Under the pieces are notes generated by a model that was not told the origin of the DNA, did not search any database, and saw only the letters and a list, made by a program, of their open reading frames with translations. The position numbers were made by a program, and so were the translations under genes. From the NCBI GenBank assembly GCA_964016885.1, contig OZ024746.1, positions 15,934,001 through 15,998,000 on the forward strand: DNA of 64,000 bases, in the 5' to 3' direction. This DNA comes from Eledone cirrhosa. Taxonomy: Eukaryota. Of the stretch, positions 11,969 through 25,620 are shown in pieces (the stretch's first letter is position 1; each line of letters begins with the position of its first letter).

Positions 11969-13054
11969 TTGTGTTTGTAATAGGTCTCCTAAAGACTTCT
12001 GCTTAAGGTAAACCCCAATGGATGGACACCTTATTCAAACCTTTCTATTTTACCCCTGCTCTGTGTGTGTCTTTGTTAGTTATTTCACAAAGGGAGACTA
12101 GTAGCAATATTTAGTCTGGTATGGACATCTAGTTACTAACTTAAGAGGGTGAGAAGTTATGTCTGTTTACAGTACCTCTTGTGTCTCTAGTAAGTTCTAA
12201 ACCCACAATTTAATATTCTTTAACTCAGCACCTTAACCTCACAGCCACTATCTTTCAATATAGTTCTATAAATATAGACACACATACACACAGCCATAAT
12301 TCTAAATACATCCATCCAACCCACACATATACTCCTTGGCACACACTCAAACAAAACTACACTCTACTACATTTCTCTGCTATGGAGATAAATAGTTAAA
12401 ATACTGGACTATTGATCAGAAGATTTTGAGTTCAATTTATACTACATACAGTATATATATGTATCCTCGTCAGATGTGTCTCAGTTAAATTAGATAAAAC
12501 CAAAATAGGCACCAATTCCAATTCTTGAGTGATTGCCATTTAAGTGGAAGAGCCATCTCATTGTATCAGATTTATCCAAACTATATCATGCAAAGTCCTG
12601 AATAACAAGACCATGTAACACATATCTTTATGTAAAAATAGACTACATGTGTTGCTTGCAGTAATCAGAAAAAGTAGTGTGGAGTGAGCCAATAAAAGAA
12701 CTGGGATATGACCATTTGTCCTGCTCGAAATAGCAGCAATATTTCCCTGCTGGACTGAACAAAAGGAAAGACACATTGAATAATGTAGTCTGGGATATAC
12801 TGTTTGATCATGTGTGGAATACTTTTGATGACAGGTGGATTAGGGAAGGCTTGAAAATAAATAGCATTGATGTAACCTGTTTAACCTTTTTATCCCAATA
12901 ATTATAATAAGTAGACTGTGTTTCAAGTATTTCCCAATGTTATCCTGATTTTGGAGTAGGTTTAGTAAATAATCTTTAACATTATATATGTCTATATTAT
13001 ACTAGTGTCGACCAACTAAAATCTTGTGTTATTGTTGACATTACAAGATTTTGA

Positions 13055-13225
13055 TGGCTTAGTGGTTAAGGTGTTGAACTCCGGATCAAAACGTCTGATT
13101 TGATTCCTGGACTGGGCAGCACATTGTTTTCTTGAGCAAGATACTTTATTTTACATTGATCCTTCATCCAGGAGTTGTGACCAACAATAAAAAGATCACT
13201 GGGGAACATTGTTTCCATGGTCCGA
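13055..13225 (+). mobile_element. Diverged tRNA-SINE head
   Basis: TGGCTTAGTGGTTA...TTGATTCC...CTTGAGCAAGATACTTT. Confidence 0.7.
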
Positions 13226-13268
13226 TCTAACAATTAGCTCTTTTCCTTTTATTTTGCTTTTTATTTTA

Positions 13269-13312
<44 letters not shown>

Positions 13313-13899
13313 AATAATAATAATAATTATGATATTCTTGCTAAAGACATGTCATAACTTTCAATTTATTCCAATCCAATCCATGACCATCTCACTCCTG
13401 TTGGAGGAACCCTACTCTGGTTGACCTCCACTGCTTTCTATTTGGAAGCTGGTTATACATGAAGCTGGTTATACTAGGTCATATGGCACTAGTAGCAGGC
13501 AGAAGCCTGAGCTGACCATCTGCTCTTTTAATCGCTCTTGTTTTTTTGTGCTGCTGGGGCTCCATTTAACCTCTTCACCAGACCAGAGTCTGGTGGGGCA
13601 GCCAGTTTAGTTGCCAACCACTTGACCATGCAGCAGATTGTACCGGGTTATATGGTGCAGGAAGAAGTCTGAACTAACCATTTATTGTGTGAATCCATGC
13701 AAGAGTTTTTGCTTATGTAATAAGATGGTGATCTCACTGTTTTCTAAAGCTGTTTCTCTCTGGATGTAAATATGATAAGAATGAATGTGTGTAATTATTA
13801 AAGAAATGTTTTGTTTATCCATGTTGAAAATATAAGTGTGAGAACACAACTCCCATTCTTGACTATTTCAAACAAACACTAGTATCATGGTGAGATTAC

Positions 13900-14165
13900 G
13901 ATGGCAATAATAGTAGTGGTAGTGGTGGTGGTATTAGTGGGGATGGTGGTAGTGATGGTGTAAACGGTAATGGTAGTGATGATGCTAGTGGTAGTGATGG
14001 TGGTGGTGGTAGTGGTAGTAGTAATGGTAGTGGTAATGGTGGTGGCAGTGATGGTGGTGGGTGGTAGTGGTGGTGATGGTAATGATAATGGTGGTAGTGG
14101 TGATGGTAGTAGTAGTGGTGGTGGTGGTGGTGGTGGTCTAAAGGGTGGTGATGGTAGTGGTGTTG
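13900..14165. repeat. (GGT/AGT)n low-complexity tract
   Basis: Read directly. Confidence 0.9.
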
Positions 14166-14844
14166 TATTAAAGAAAATTTCAATAAAAAGCTATGAAATA
14201 ACTGTTCTTTTGCTTCCCATTCTCCACCAGAATTTATCAGCCAGCATGGTGCTAAGTTTGCAAAGTTGAAGGTCATGGCACACTTTCTGCAGCTCACTGC
14301 TTTATCATATCTAGTTGTCTGCTGGGTAGTAGAGCAGATAGGGTAGGGGTAGGCTTGTTGTCATTAGAACTAATGATCACTTAACACTACCCATTGCACA
14401 ATTGGATAGTGTTGTTGTTGTTACTGTTGTTGTTACAGCTTACACCTTGCAGCTTTGCACAGCCTTGTGTAAAGTTTGCAACTTGTAGGAAAGTAATGAT
14501 CTTTTAACACTGTACTTAGTGCATGATTAGATGTTGTTGTTGTTCTTGCATGTTGCAGTTTTAACCCTTCCCCACCTACCTACTGTGAGATTGCAACATG
14601 TAGGAAATTTGTTGGATGTTTCTATGATACTCTGAACTCACCAGATGTGATCATATGACAGACATGGTGTTGGGACAGGAGAGTTTAAGGCTACATTCTG
14701 TAAAGCCTTCCTCGTTTGAGGTGAACATTGTTGATCCTAGATAGGCCAGATGAGTCATGAAGATCAGACTATGATTCCAATTTTATCTTTGTTCATTAAA
14801 ATGATAACCATCGTTACTTCACTGTCAACAATACAGGTGTGACA

Positions 14845-15290
14845 CTCTACCACTATTGTTACCATAGCTACTGTCATTATACTATACCACTATAATTACC
14901 ATAGCTACTGTCAATATACTACGCCACTACCGTTACTCTAGCTACCCACATCACAATACCCACCTCTATACCACTATCTCTACCCTAGCCACTGCCATTA
15001 TACTATACCACTATCTCTACCCTAGCTACTATCATTATACACTACCAATATACCACTATTGTTACCTCCATACCACTATCTCTACCCTAGCTACTATCAT
15101 TATACACTACCAATATACCACTATTGTTACCTCCATACCACTACCTCTACCCTAGCTACTATCATTATACACTACCAATATACCACTATTGTTACCTCCA
15201 TACCACTATCTCTACCCTAGCTACTATCATTATACACTACCAATATACCACTATTGTTACCCTAGCTACCCACATCACAGTACCCACCCT
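14845..15290. repeat. 65-bp minisatellite (~4 near-perfect copies at 15003-15270) with degenerate flanks
   Basis: Unit ATACCACTATCTCTACCCTAGCTACTATCATTATACACTACCAATATACCACTATTGTTACCTCC. Confidence 0.88.
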
Positions 15291-16011
15291 CTGACATATC
15301 TATATATCACTACCAGAATGATTACTTTGCTGCTATTCAGTATATCAGATCAATGATACAGCTTTCGTTTTTAGTTGAAGTCCATTCTTTGTTAATCTGC
15401 TCAAGAAAGATATGAATGTTTATCATTTCATGGTTTCCTCCCCTACATTATGGGACCTCCCTGCTTCATTATTTTATCCTGTTGTTGTTTTTGTATTCAT
15501 TTACCATTTCCACTGCTGTTGGATTGTGTATTTTCTTCAGCTGACTGTTGGGGTTGGCTTGGTTTGTATAACAAACTTACTCTCTACACAACTCGGGTAC
15601 TCTTACTTTTTCTAAAATCAAATATTCTTTAGGCCCAACTCTGACTTTCTGCTCCACGCAAAAAATACCTCCTGGCACCTCAACACCATTTCTTTACAAA
15701 TATTATTAATAATTCTAATTTCCATTCAGTGTGCAGAAATGTAGTTTTATAGTTGTACTGTCGATAACAGCAGAACATCTCTGGCTCTACTGTTATTGAC
15801 AGTTAAAATGTTTTCTTGTTACAGACATTGCATTAAACATGGCTCTCTTGTCTGTATAAGCCACTATCAGAATCAGAAATATTAGGCAATAATGAAACTG
15901 TAAATAATTTTATTGAATTGTTTATCAGTTTTTATTTTTTAAATTCTTTGTCAGGTTGTAAAGGTTGGGGCTAGGAATGTTTTCTAACATGTTTGCCTAT
16001 TCCATTTTTGT

Positions 16012-16091
<80 letters not shown>

Positions 16092-16117
16092 TATATATAT
16101 ATATTTATATATATATA

Positions 16118-16174
<57 letters not shown>

Positions 16175-16760
16175 TTTGTTCCCATAATTCATTGCAACAT
16201 TTTACACCATAAATGTTGTTTGAAACACTTGTCTTTCTATGCCAGTTACACATTAATTGCTGTTGTATGTGTTTTAATTTGCCTTCTGTTTTGTTGGTGT
16301 GAAAGACTTGCTAATTATACTTTTATTTATATAGCACTGACTGGAATATTAACAGAAATTGTCACTCTGACCTCCTTCTTTCTCCCCTGATCCCAGTTTT
16401 ACAACATACCTCATCCTTCATCCCCCATTATGCTATGTCGCCTCCCCCACCTACTCCATCACCACCACCTCCTCTTTCACCACCACCTCCTCTTTCACCC
16501 CCCCCCCCTCCCTCCCACCTTTCTCCTCTTCAACCCTGCTGCAGTATTATAATGATCTCCCTTCTGTTAATTCTAAAGAAGAAAGGAAGCAAGCAAGTGG
16601 AGGAATGAGAGATGAAGTAGACATGTGTGTATATGTGTATCTGCATATGTATTTGTATGTGTGTATTTGTGTATATGTGTATGTGCACATGTATCTGTCT
16701 GTATGTGCATCTATGTGTGTGTGCCTGTGTGTTATATATGTATCTGTGTGTATCTGTATG

Positions 16761-16811
<51 letters not shown>

Positions 16812-18088
16812 GTGTGTGTGTGTGTGTGTATGTGTGTGTGAGGTGTATATTTTAAAGTGCTGCAACAAATAAGTTCAAGTGTGGCAGCAGTCAGCAGAAA
16901 TGTAGAGTAAACAACTAAATATAGTGAGAGTTCCAGTACACACACTCACACACTCACACACTCACACACTCACACACTCACACACACATATTGCTGTTCT
17001 TCATGTGCTGGACTGAATGTTGCAAAGTTAGGAAGACTGTGAAGTCTATTGCAAGAAAGGAATGTTTCCCCTCTTAATGTAGGCTTTTGGCAAATGACCT
17101 AATACTGATAAATCTTGACAGTCATAAAAGGCAGCTTGTTTGAAGAATGCCAGTAAAAAAAAAAAAGCTGTTCTATGTCACACTGAGAATAGAAGTTTAG
17201 GAAAGAGGGAGAGAGATCCTTGAAGTCCTCATTTGTCACAGAATCTCTTCTTACACTATTAAAGAAATTTGGTGTCACCATATTTTAATCTTCAGAGGCT
17301 TTGGTGTAAGCTTAATGTTGAGAAATTCTATGAGAAGCTAACACCTACTTTCATTTTTCAGTTTTTTCTTCTTTTTTGGGGAGGTGGGTTTGCTTAAATA
17401 TATCTGTGAATTGTATTTTTAAGTTCTACTACTCTACTTTAAAAGCTTAGAAAAATATCAACGTTGAACAAAGCCTCGAGAATTGTTTATAACAAACAAT
17501 GTAGGTTTTAAAAAAATATTTTTTACTTTAAAAATAATGGTAAAGGAAGAAACCAATCTTCAGATCAGATTAAGAAAACTGTTTCCATTGGTTTTTTTCC
17601 ATTGTTGATACTTACTATCTACCTGTTACAACTCCTGGCAGAAGGAAGGAGTTGATCATCAGATCAGATCAAGGATACTATATTTCCACTGTTGATACTA
17701 TCTGCCTGTTATAACTCTTGGCAGAGGTCTCACAATTTTTCCAGCATCAAGAAGGAGCCAGGTTTGAACTTAGAGCTGGATTAGATAACTTGCTTGAGGG
17801 AGAGAGGGGGACATGGCATTCTTCTCTGAAGATCTGCTGTCCAGCTCTCCTGAGAGTTTCTTACCACAAATCATCCTGGCTGATTCTTTAACAATTCCAC
17901 TGATCCACACTAACCATCAATTGATACTTGATTAAGAAGTATCATACCTTGATAAGATAAAAGTTAAAGTTGACTATGGCAGGATTTGAACTCACACTTC
18001 AGAAACCTGAAACAAATATCAAGGAATCTAATATGATGCTCTAACAACTTTGACAATTTCTCGACACACATATAGACATACGCACACA

Positions 18089-18155
<67 letters not shown>

Positions 18156-18480
18156 ATTTACACACATATATACACATACACATACATACACTCTCTCACA
18201 CACATATCTTCACACTCAAATATATTTTATCAATTTTCAGTTTATAAATACGCCAGTACAAATAGTTGAATAGAAACACTGTCTGCAATATATTTTATTT
18301 AGCTAATTGTGTTGCAGCTTCTACTGCCAGACACACACCACAAACAAGGTGTGTATATATATTACACACTCACAAACACACATGGTGTGTATATATATAT
18401 TATACATATATATATATATACATATATGTATATGCATATACACATGGTGTGTACATATATATTATACATATATATATATA

Positions 18481-18648
18481 TCATCATCATCATCACCGTT
18501 TTACGTCCGTTCTTCCACGCTAGCATGGGTTAGACGGGTTGTCCTGTTGTGGGCAGTGTCTGGTCGGCTGACCATGCCTTGCTCATACAGGAACTGATTT
18601 TGGCTTGCATATTGTCTATATGCTTCAGCTTGTACCCATGGGAGGTTG

Positions 18649-18652
<4 letters not shown>
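18481..18652 (-). mobile_element. RTE subfamily B 3' fragment with internal deletion
   Basis: Matches 1816-1935, then jumps to the equivalent of ~2090-2136. Confidence 0.88.
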
Positions 18653-18687
<35 letters not shown>

Positions 18688-18814
18688 CATATATATACAC
18701 GTATATGTATGTATATGCATATATATATATATATTTATGTATGTATACACACACCCACACATGCATAATATATATATATTTATGTATGTATACACATACA
18801 CCCACACATGCATA

Positions 18815-18847
<33 letters not shown>

Positions 18848-19124
18848 ATCTACAGAGACTGCAGAGTTCAACAAAATAGTTTTGTTGTTCATTTATGCTT
18901 GGTCTTTTTGATTTGCATATATGTGACATTCCATGTAAAACAACTAACTAGTAATTCTACATACATTCATATGCACACACATTGTCATCCAGATAGATAT
19001 ATACAATACATTTAGAGGTGTAAACAAACACACACACACATATTGTCATTCAGATATATACAATACATTTAGAGGTCTAAACGTACACACACACACACAC
19101 AAACAGACACACACACTCACACAT

Positions 19125-19243
19125 ATTGTTTCTACTTTTTGGCACAAGGCCAGCAATCATCCAGTACATTACTGGTACTTTATTTTATCGACCCCGTAAA
19201 GATGAAAGGCAAAGTTAACCTCGGCGGGATTTGAACTCAGATC
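19125..19243 (-). mobile_element. 5'-truncated Meta-core SINE
   Basis: Matches the 3' part of the 25799 family. Confidence 0.85.
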
Positions 19244-19262
19244 ATAACACCTATATGCTTAA

Positions 19263-19470
19263 CCCTTTAGCATTTAAAACTGACCATATCTGGCCAGAAT
19301 ACTCTCTCTCTCTCTCTTTCTGTTCAAACTGGCTAAAACCGGCCGCTTATACTGCTATTAAGGTATTGTTCTCAAAATAAATATCAAAATCTCATAGATT
19401 CTATATTATGTGAGATAATTATGTAAGATAAACCCTTTACTGCAAAAATACAATAGTAAATGCTAAATGG
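19263..19470. mobile_element. TTAA-flanked MITE (piggyBac-like termini)
   Basis: TTAA at 19259-62 and 19471-74; TIR CC(C/A)TTTAGCATTTA at both ends. Confidence 0.75.
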
Positions 19471-19524
19471 TTAATCACATATATACACTCATGTTCTCAT
19501 TCAAATATACATCTGTATGTGTTA

Positions 19525-19555
<31 letters not shown>

Positions 19556-19556
19556 A

Positions 19557-20213
19557 CGGGGGGAACAGGTTACATTACATAGAGACCAAGAGGGAAGCTA
19601 GGCGACAAGTATACTTAGCTAGGAGGGAAGCAGAGGATAGAAAATTCAAGCATGTTTTGTAACGTGAGGACCAGAAGCAGGAGGTGTTCAAGATTGCGAG
19701 GCAGTGTGTCAGAGAGAATTGTGATGTCATTGGAGAGAAGTGTATCCGGAATGATAAAAGTGAGCTTGCCCTCACAAGTGCTGAGAAGAAAGATGCATGG
19801 AAGAGTCATTATGATAGATTACTAAATGAGGAGAATGCATGGGAAGAAGAGACCCTACTCCAAGTAGACCCTATAGAGGGGCCAGCAGTACAAGTCAGTA
19901 GCAGCATAGTAAGTAAGGCAATCAAAGATATGAAGATGGGCAAGGCAACCGGTCCATCGGGTATAGCTGCCGAGATGCTGAAGGCATCTGGGTCTGTAGG
20001 TCACACTATAACCACACGTATTGTTAACCAGGTAATACTAGAAGGTGTCATACCAAAAGATTGGTGCAGTAGCATCATTGTCAACTGCTACAAAGGTAAA
20101 GGTGATGCACTCGATAGAGGAAACTATAGAGGTATAAAGCTGATGGACCAGGTCATGAAAGTAACAGAAAGAGTTATAGCACAGTTGATTAGGGACCGGG
20201 TGAAACTAGATGA
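19557..20213 (+). pseudogene. Internal RTE LINE ORF2 fragment (linker and start of the reverse transcriptase)
   Basis: KMGKATGPSGIAAEMLK...IPKDW..SIIV..YKGKGD...GNYRGIKLM, the RT domain 0-1 motifs. One in-frame stop near 19660. Confidence 0.9.
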
Positions 20214-20245
20214 GAGAGAAAAAAAGGAGAAAAATATTAAATAAT

Positions 20246-20433
20246 TGTTTCTACGTTTGGCACAAGGCCAGCAATTACCCAGAGCATTACTGGTACTTTA
20301 TTTTATCGACCCCGTAAGGATGAAAGGCAAAGTTAACTTAGGCGGGATTTGAACTCAGAATGGCAAGGGCCGTAACTTTATATGTCAAAGTATGGCGTCC
20401 GACCCTCTACCGATACTGCCAATCCACCACCTT
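20246..20433 (-). mobile_element. Full-length Meta-core SINE with 15-bp TSD
   Basis: TSD AAAATATTAAATAAT at 20231-20245 and 20434-20448. Confidence 0.9.
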
Positions 20434-21740
20434 AAAATATTAAATAATGAAAGGGGAAGAGTGAATGGAGGACACGCTCTATATCATTGGTTTGATGGTA
20501 TATCTTAGTTGTACCCCATGAACAAAATAGAGAAAGCATTGCTACATAGAACAGCCAGCGATACCCACTGCACCAGCCATTCCACTTCACAGGGCTCCTT
20601 CTTCAGGCGAGATGCATTCCTCCCAATTCTACGGAGGGAAACAGTAATTTAGGGCCTGAAGACAACCATCATGGAAAGGAAGTGGTCAGTTAAGTTTTGG
20701 TATTTGGATATCTTCTTCTCCTCTGTGTTATGGGTGGTGGCAGTGTCTGGGGTTGTGGCAAAAGTGAGAATATAGGAAATATTTTATAGATGGAAAAAAA
20801 TTGGCTGGGGAGACAATGAGAGAATGGATTGACAGAAAAGTGAAGGTAGGAGTGAAAATACGAGATAGTGAGAGGAAATGAGTGAAAGAGAGATAGTGAG
20901 AGGTAGTGAGTGAAAGAGTGATAGTAAAAGGAAGAATGTTGATAATGAAATTCCAAGAGATGAAATTTCAACTACCTCACCCTCTATAACAGTTCTATGT
21001 ATTATTGTCTGACACAGTTACATGTTTAATTTAATCTTTGACCTCACAACTCTTTATGTCATCTCACCTTTCATCTTTCACATTTACATTACTGCAAACT
21101 TCTGGTCTATTCCACCTGAGTTAACTATTCCTTTCCCCTCCTGGTATCAATGTAATGACTATTAGTTGTCTACTGAAGGCCTTCCCAATTTGGGATTGAT
21201 TAAATATTCAAGGAGTTTACCAGTGAAATTAGGACATTTAAAAAATTCTATATTCCAGCTTTAGGATCATTATTTGACGGTTATTGCAATTTTTCCTGCA
21301 AAACAAAAAATAACTTTGTAATTGTACATTTAGAAACAAAGCCACAAATTTCAAATTTAATTATAACCATGCAGAAAAATTCCGACATATTAAAATAATG
21401 ACACAAATTCCTTTTAGTGAAAGTGGGTTGGGGTTGTGAGAGTTTTCTTTAAAAAAAATCTAGTCATGATTTAAAGTGTTTTGGAAAGCCTGGTCTGCTG
21501 TGAATTATATAATCAGTAATATCTCTTTTACAAATTTCTCACCTTCCTTTAGAAACTAATATTATTATGGTCAGTTGATTGGCAGAATGTAAGAGGGATC
21601 AAAAGTGTGACCTATCTTCACGCAGTTGAATGATTTGGTCACAATTTTGAACCCTCTTACATTCTGGAGATATGGTCAATATTGGGCCTTGAAACCTTAG
21701 GTAGCACTTTTGTTTTGTGTATGAACATACATATATAATA

Positions 21741-21919
21741 TAATTGTTTCTACTTTACGCACAAGGCCAGCAATTACCCAGTACATTACTGGTACTTTAT
21801 TTTATCGACTCCGTAAGGATGAAAAGCAAAGTTAACCTCAGCGGGATTTGAACTCAGACTGTAAAGGGGCGTAACTATGCTAGAAAGCATGGTGTCCAAC
21901 CCTCTACCGATACTGCCAA
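21741..21919 (-). mobile_element. Meta-core SINE
   Basis: Matches the family sequence. Confidence 0.87.
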
Positions 21920-22114
21920 AACAGCTCTCTTCCTGTTTTCCTTTTTCACACCTACGGATATTAATACATACACATTTAAACACACACACACACATACATA
22001 CACATACACACACACACGTATATATCACAGCTTGACACAGCTGGATTTTGACATTTTATTTCATATTCTTTGAAGTACTTTCATGTCTTTTGGGATATTT
22101 TTTTTATTCTTCAG

Positions 22115-22149
22115 GTGATTGTTGACACAACTATGTTACCTTGTCTAGG
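22115..22149 (+). other. Candidate small exon of an unidentified host gene
   Basis: Strong acceptor TTTTTTTTATTCTTCAG and overlapping donors GTGAGT/GTAAGT (22150/22154). Only one frame is open (VIVDTTMLPCLG). Confidence 0.35.
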
Positions 22150-22624
22150 GTGAGTAAGTGTGGTTAAAGGGAAATAATCATATTTAGTATTTTCATACTT
22201 TGCTTGGCGTTAGGAAGGGCATTCAGCTATGGCTACAGACATTATGCCAAAAATGGAATATATGAGCTAGATGTAGTCACCTGATTGGTCAAGCCTCAGA
22301 ACAGGACAACTCATCTAACCCATACAATTATGGAAAATAGATGTTAAATGCTGCTGATGATGATCACACACACACATATATATTGTGGCCTGCAGTTAGT
22401 TGTCATGCCAATTGGATGTATTAATGCTCTTCCAAGTATATCTTCCAAATTGGTGCCAGATTAGTTTAGCAAAATTAGACATTACCATTAAATGAAGTAG
22501 AATTCAACTTTTTCACTTGGCATCAAAATGGTTCGTTAATTAGAGTACGGTGGAATGTGGAGATTATTGCTAATAAGGATCTTTTCGCTAAACCTCTATC
22601 TATTCATGTAAACTATATTCAGGG

Positions 22625-23676
22625 GATATCACTATATTCTATAGATATCACTATATTCTGTAGATATCACTATATTCTGTGGATATCACTATATTCTGTG
22701 GATATCACTATATTCTGTGGATATCACTATATTCTGTGGGTATCACTATATTCTGTAGATATCACTATATTCTGTGGATATCACTATTATATTCTGTAGA
22801 TATCACTATATTCTGTAGATATCACTATTATATTCTGTAGATATCACTATATTCTGTAGATATCACTATATTCTGTAGATATCACTATATTCTGTGAATA
22901 TCACTATATTCTGTAGATATCACTTTATTCTGTAGATATCACTATATTCTGTAGATATTACTATATTCTGTAGATATCACTATATTCTGTAGATATTACT
23001 ATATTCTGTAGATATCACTATATTCTGTGAATATCACTATATTCTGTAGATATCACTTTATTCTGTAGATATCACTATATTCTGTAGATATCACTATATT
23101 CTGTAGATATCACTATATTCTGTAGATATTACTATATTCTGTAGATATCACTATTATATTCTGTAGATATCACTATATTCTGTAGATATCACTATATTCT
23201 GTAGATATCACTATATTCTGTAGATATCACTATATTCTGTGAATATCACTATATTCTGTAGATATCACTTTATTCTGTAGATATCACTATATTCTGTAGA
23301 TATCACTATTATATTCTGTAGATATCACTATATTCTGTAGATATCACTATATTCTGTAGATATTACTATATTCTGTGAATATCACTATATTCTGTGAATA
23401 TCACTTTATTCTGTAGATATCACTTTATTCTGTAGATATCACTATATTCTGTAGATATTACTTTATTCTGTAGATATCACTATATTTTGTAGATATCACT
23501 TTATTCTGTAGATATCACTATATTCTGTAGATATCACTATATTCTGTAGATATTACTATATTCTGTGGATATCACTATATTCTGTGGATATCACTATATT
23601 CTGTAGATATTACTATATTCTGTGGATATCACTATATTCTGTGGATATCACTATATTCTGTAGATATCACTTTATT
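22625..23676. repeat. 19-bp minisatellite, ~55 copies
   Basis: Unit GATATCACTATATTCTGTA with point variants. Confidence 0.97.
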
Positions 23677-23809
23677 TGGATAAAATGGTTTGTAGCATAT
23701 GTTTCATGTTTTGAATTCAAATCTAGCTGAGATCAACTTTGCCTTTCATCCTTTGGAATGTCAATAAAGCTCATAAGAATATGATATGGTGTCTAGATGT
23801 ACTATATAT

Positions 23810-23955
23810 GTGGTTGGCATCCAGCTGTAGAAAACCAGCCAGGAACAGTCCTATATGAGCGAGACATGGTCACCTAATCCAAATTGCCTCTAAATGGGAC
23901 AAACCCGTCTAACCCATGCTAACGTGGAAGATAGATGTTAAATGATGATAATGAT
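23810..23955 (+). mobile_element. RTE-type 3' terminal fragment
   Basis: GGCATCCAGCTGTAGAAAA...CCCGTCTAACCCATGCTAACGTGGAAG...GTTAAATGATGAT. Confidence 0.78.
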
Positions 23956-24532
23956 ATATAATGTGAAAAGTGATATATGTAAGAAGGCTACACAATGCAA
24001 AATGGACAGTAAGATGAAGGCAACGAAAAAGTTAGTTACATGGTAATATTTGTTTGTTTTATTGTTTCCTTCATCCTAATATTTTTGGACTTAAAATTAC
24101 CTTTGTCAGAGTACAAGCACCGAAATAATAGGACGAAAAAACAAAACAAAGATCACCAGGTAACTAAATTTTTCGTTACCATCATCTTACCGTCCATTTT
24201 CCACTGTTTAGCCTTCTTACATATATCACTTTCCACATTATATATTACTAGCTGGCCCGTCCGGCTGGCGCCCGGTTAGTTATACTGGCATTTTATCTTT
24301 TCAGGAATCCCTCCTACACTCTAGTGCAAAGATACTGCACGCCCTCTCAAGTCAGCGAGGGGGGGGGGTTAACGTAAGTTTGAATAGTTTTTAGGATACC
24401 CCAGTTCAGCAGCCAGTACGTTAAAGAAAATTGATAGTTACAACAATAAAGACTGAACAGAGAACACATTTTTTAAGAAACAATAATTTGTACAACCATA
24501 ATGAAAATACCAAGTAACAGAAAATATTTAAA

Positions 24533-25110
24533 TTACATTGTTCGAGCCTCAGAGTATACAATATATTTTGTTCGGCCCTCCGGAGCAAAGATGAAGAGAT
24601 TGTTTGGCGAGCTCACCCTAGAGCATCCTACATACAATTGATCATGAGAGAATCACTGATCTTGTAGCTCGTCTCGCAGAGAAGCTCTGTAGATGTTGAC
24701 CTCTGGACACTCCTGTCAGGAGCAGGTAAGCTGTAGTGACTTAGAGGCCTATCACCAATCTCCAGGACACTGTTTTCAAGACAAATGAGTGCCTCATTGA
24801 AAACGACATCGTATGTTACGTTCGGATTGTGTCTGCGGTGGAGGATGTCCTCAGCTAGACTTTCGCGGTGGTTGTTCCACATTGTGAGAGGGGTGGCAAG
24901 ATCGCAGTTGTGCAGCATAATAGCAAAAAGTTTTCGCAGCTGAGAAGGGACTTTAGCAGTTGCTACTTCTTGCAGGGTGAGGTGCCATTGGCTGTGATCG
25001 TGTAGCATACCATGCATCTGGCAAGCCAAACGGTAAGTGGAACATTAATGGTTCTCAGATCTTGGAAAGACTGTGGTCCTCTAACCTCGAACAGTAACAA
25101 TGACGATAAG
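24533..25110 (-). pseudogene. Helitron RepHel remnants: Rep-helicase linker fused to PIF1 helicase motif VI and C-terminus
   Basis: LLLFEVRGPQSFQDLRT...WHLTLQE..PSQLRKLFAIML...MWNNHRESLAEDIL, then FSHDQLYVGCSRVSSPNNLFIFAPEGRTKYIVYSEA (24533-24652). Confidence 0.88.
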
Positions 25111-25485
25111 CCATCTGTGCTTTCGTGAAATAAATAGGTTTTTGTTTTTGTGTATGCAAAAATATCTGTACACAAATATATATATTAAAATAACAGATTA
25201 AAGTTTAAGCAAAGAATCACTGCTTTCATCCTTAACGGGATCTTCTGAAATTTAAAAAATCAGTCTGTGAACGCAGAAGTTAATATTTTGAAAAACATTA
25301 TCTAATGCAGACAGCCAGACATACAGAGACATATTGTAAGGGTGCTACGTTATAGCTATGTATCTATCTAAAAAGACAGACTAGGAAAAAGAAGGGAATG
25401 TTGTGCTACGTCATAAGAAAAAGTGAAGAATGACATATAACCGGAAGTGTTGATATTTTAAATTTTAAAGAAGTGAATATTTAAA

Positions 25486-25620
25486 TAATTGTTTCTACTT
25501 TAGGCACAAGGCCAGCAATTACCCAGTGCATTACTGGTACTTTATTTTATCGACCTCGTAAGGATGAAAGGCAAAGTCAACCTCGGCGGGATTTGAACTC
25601 AGATCGTAAAGGGACGTAAA
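25486..25620 (-). mobile_element. Truncated Meta-core SINE nested in the Helitron
   Basis: Matches the family sequence. Confidence 0.87.

Noticed and set aside
13896-14297. His/Pro-rich or Gly-rich ORFs (also the Thr-rich ORF at 42059-42478)
   Set aside because: Trinucleotide low-complexity tracts with no splice or domain support.
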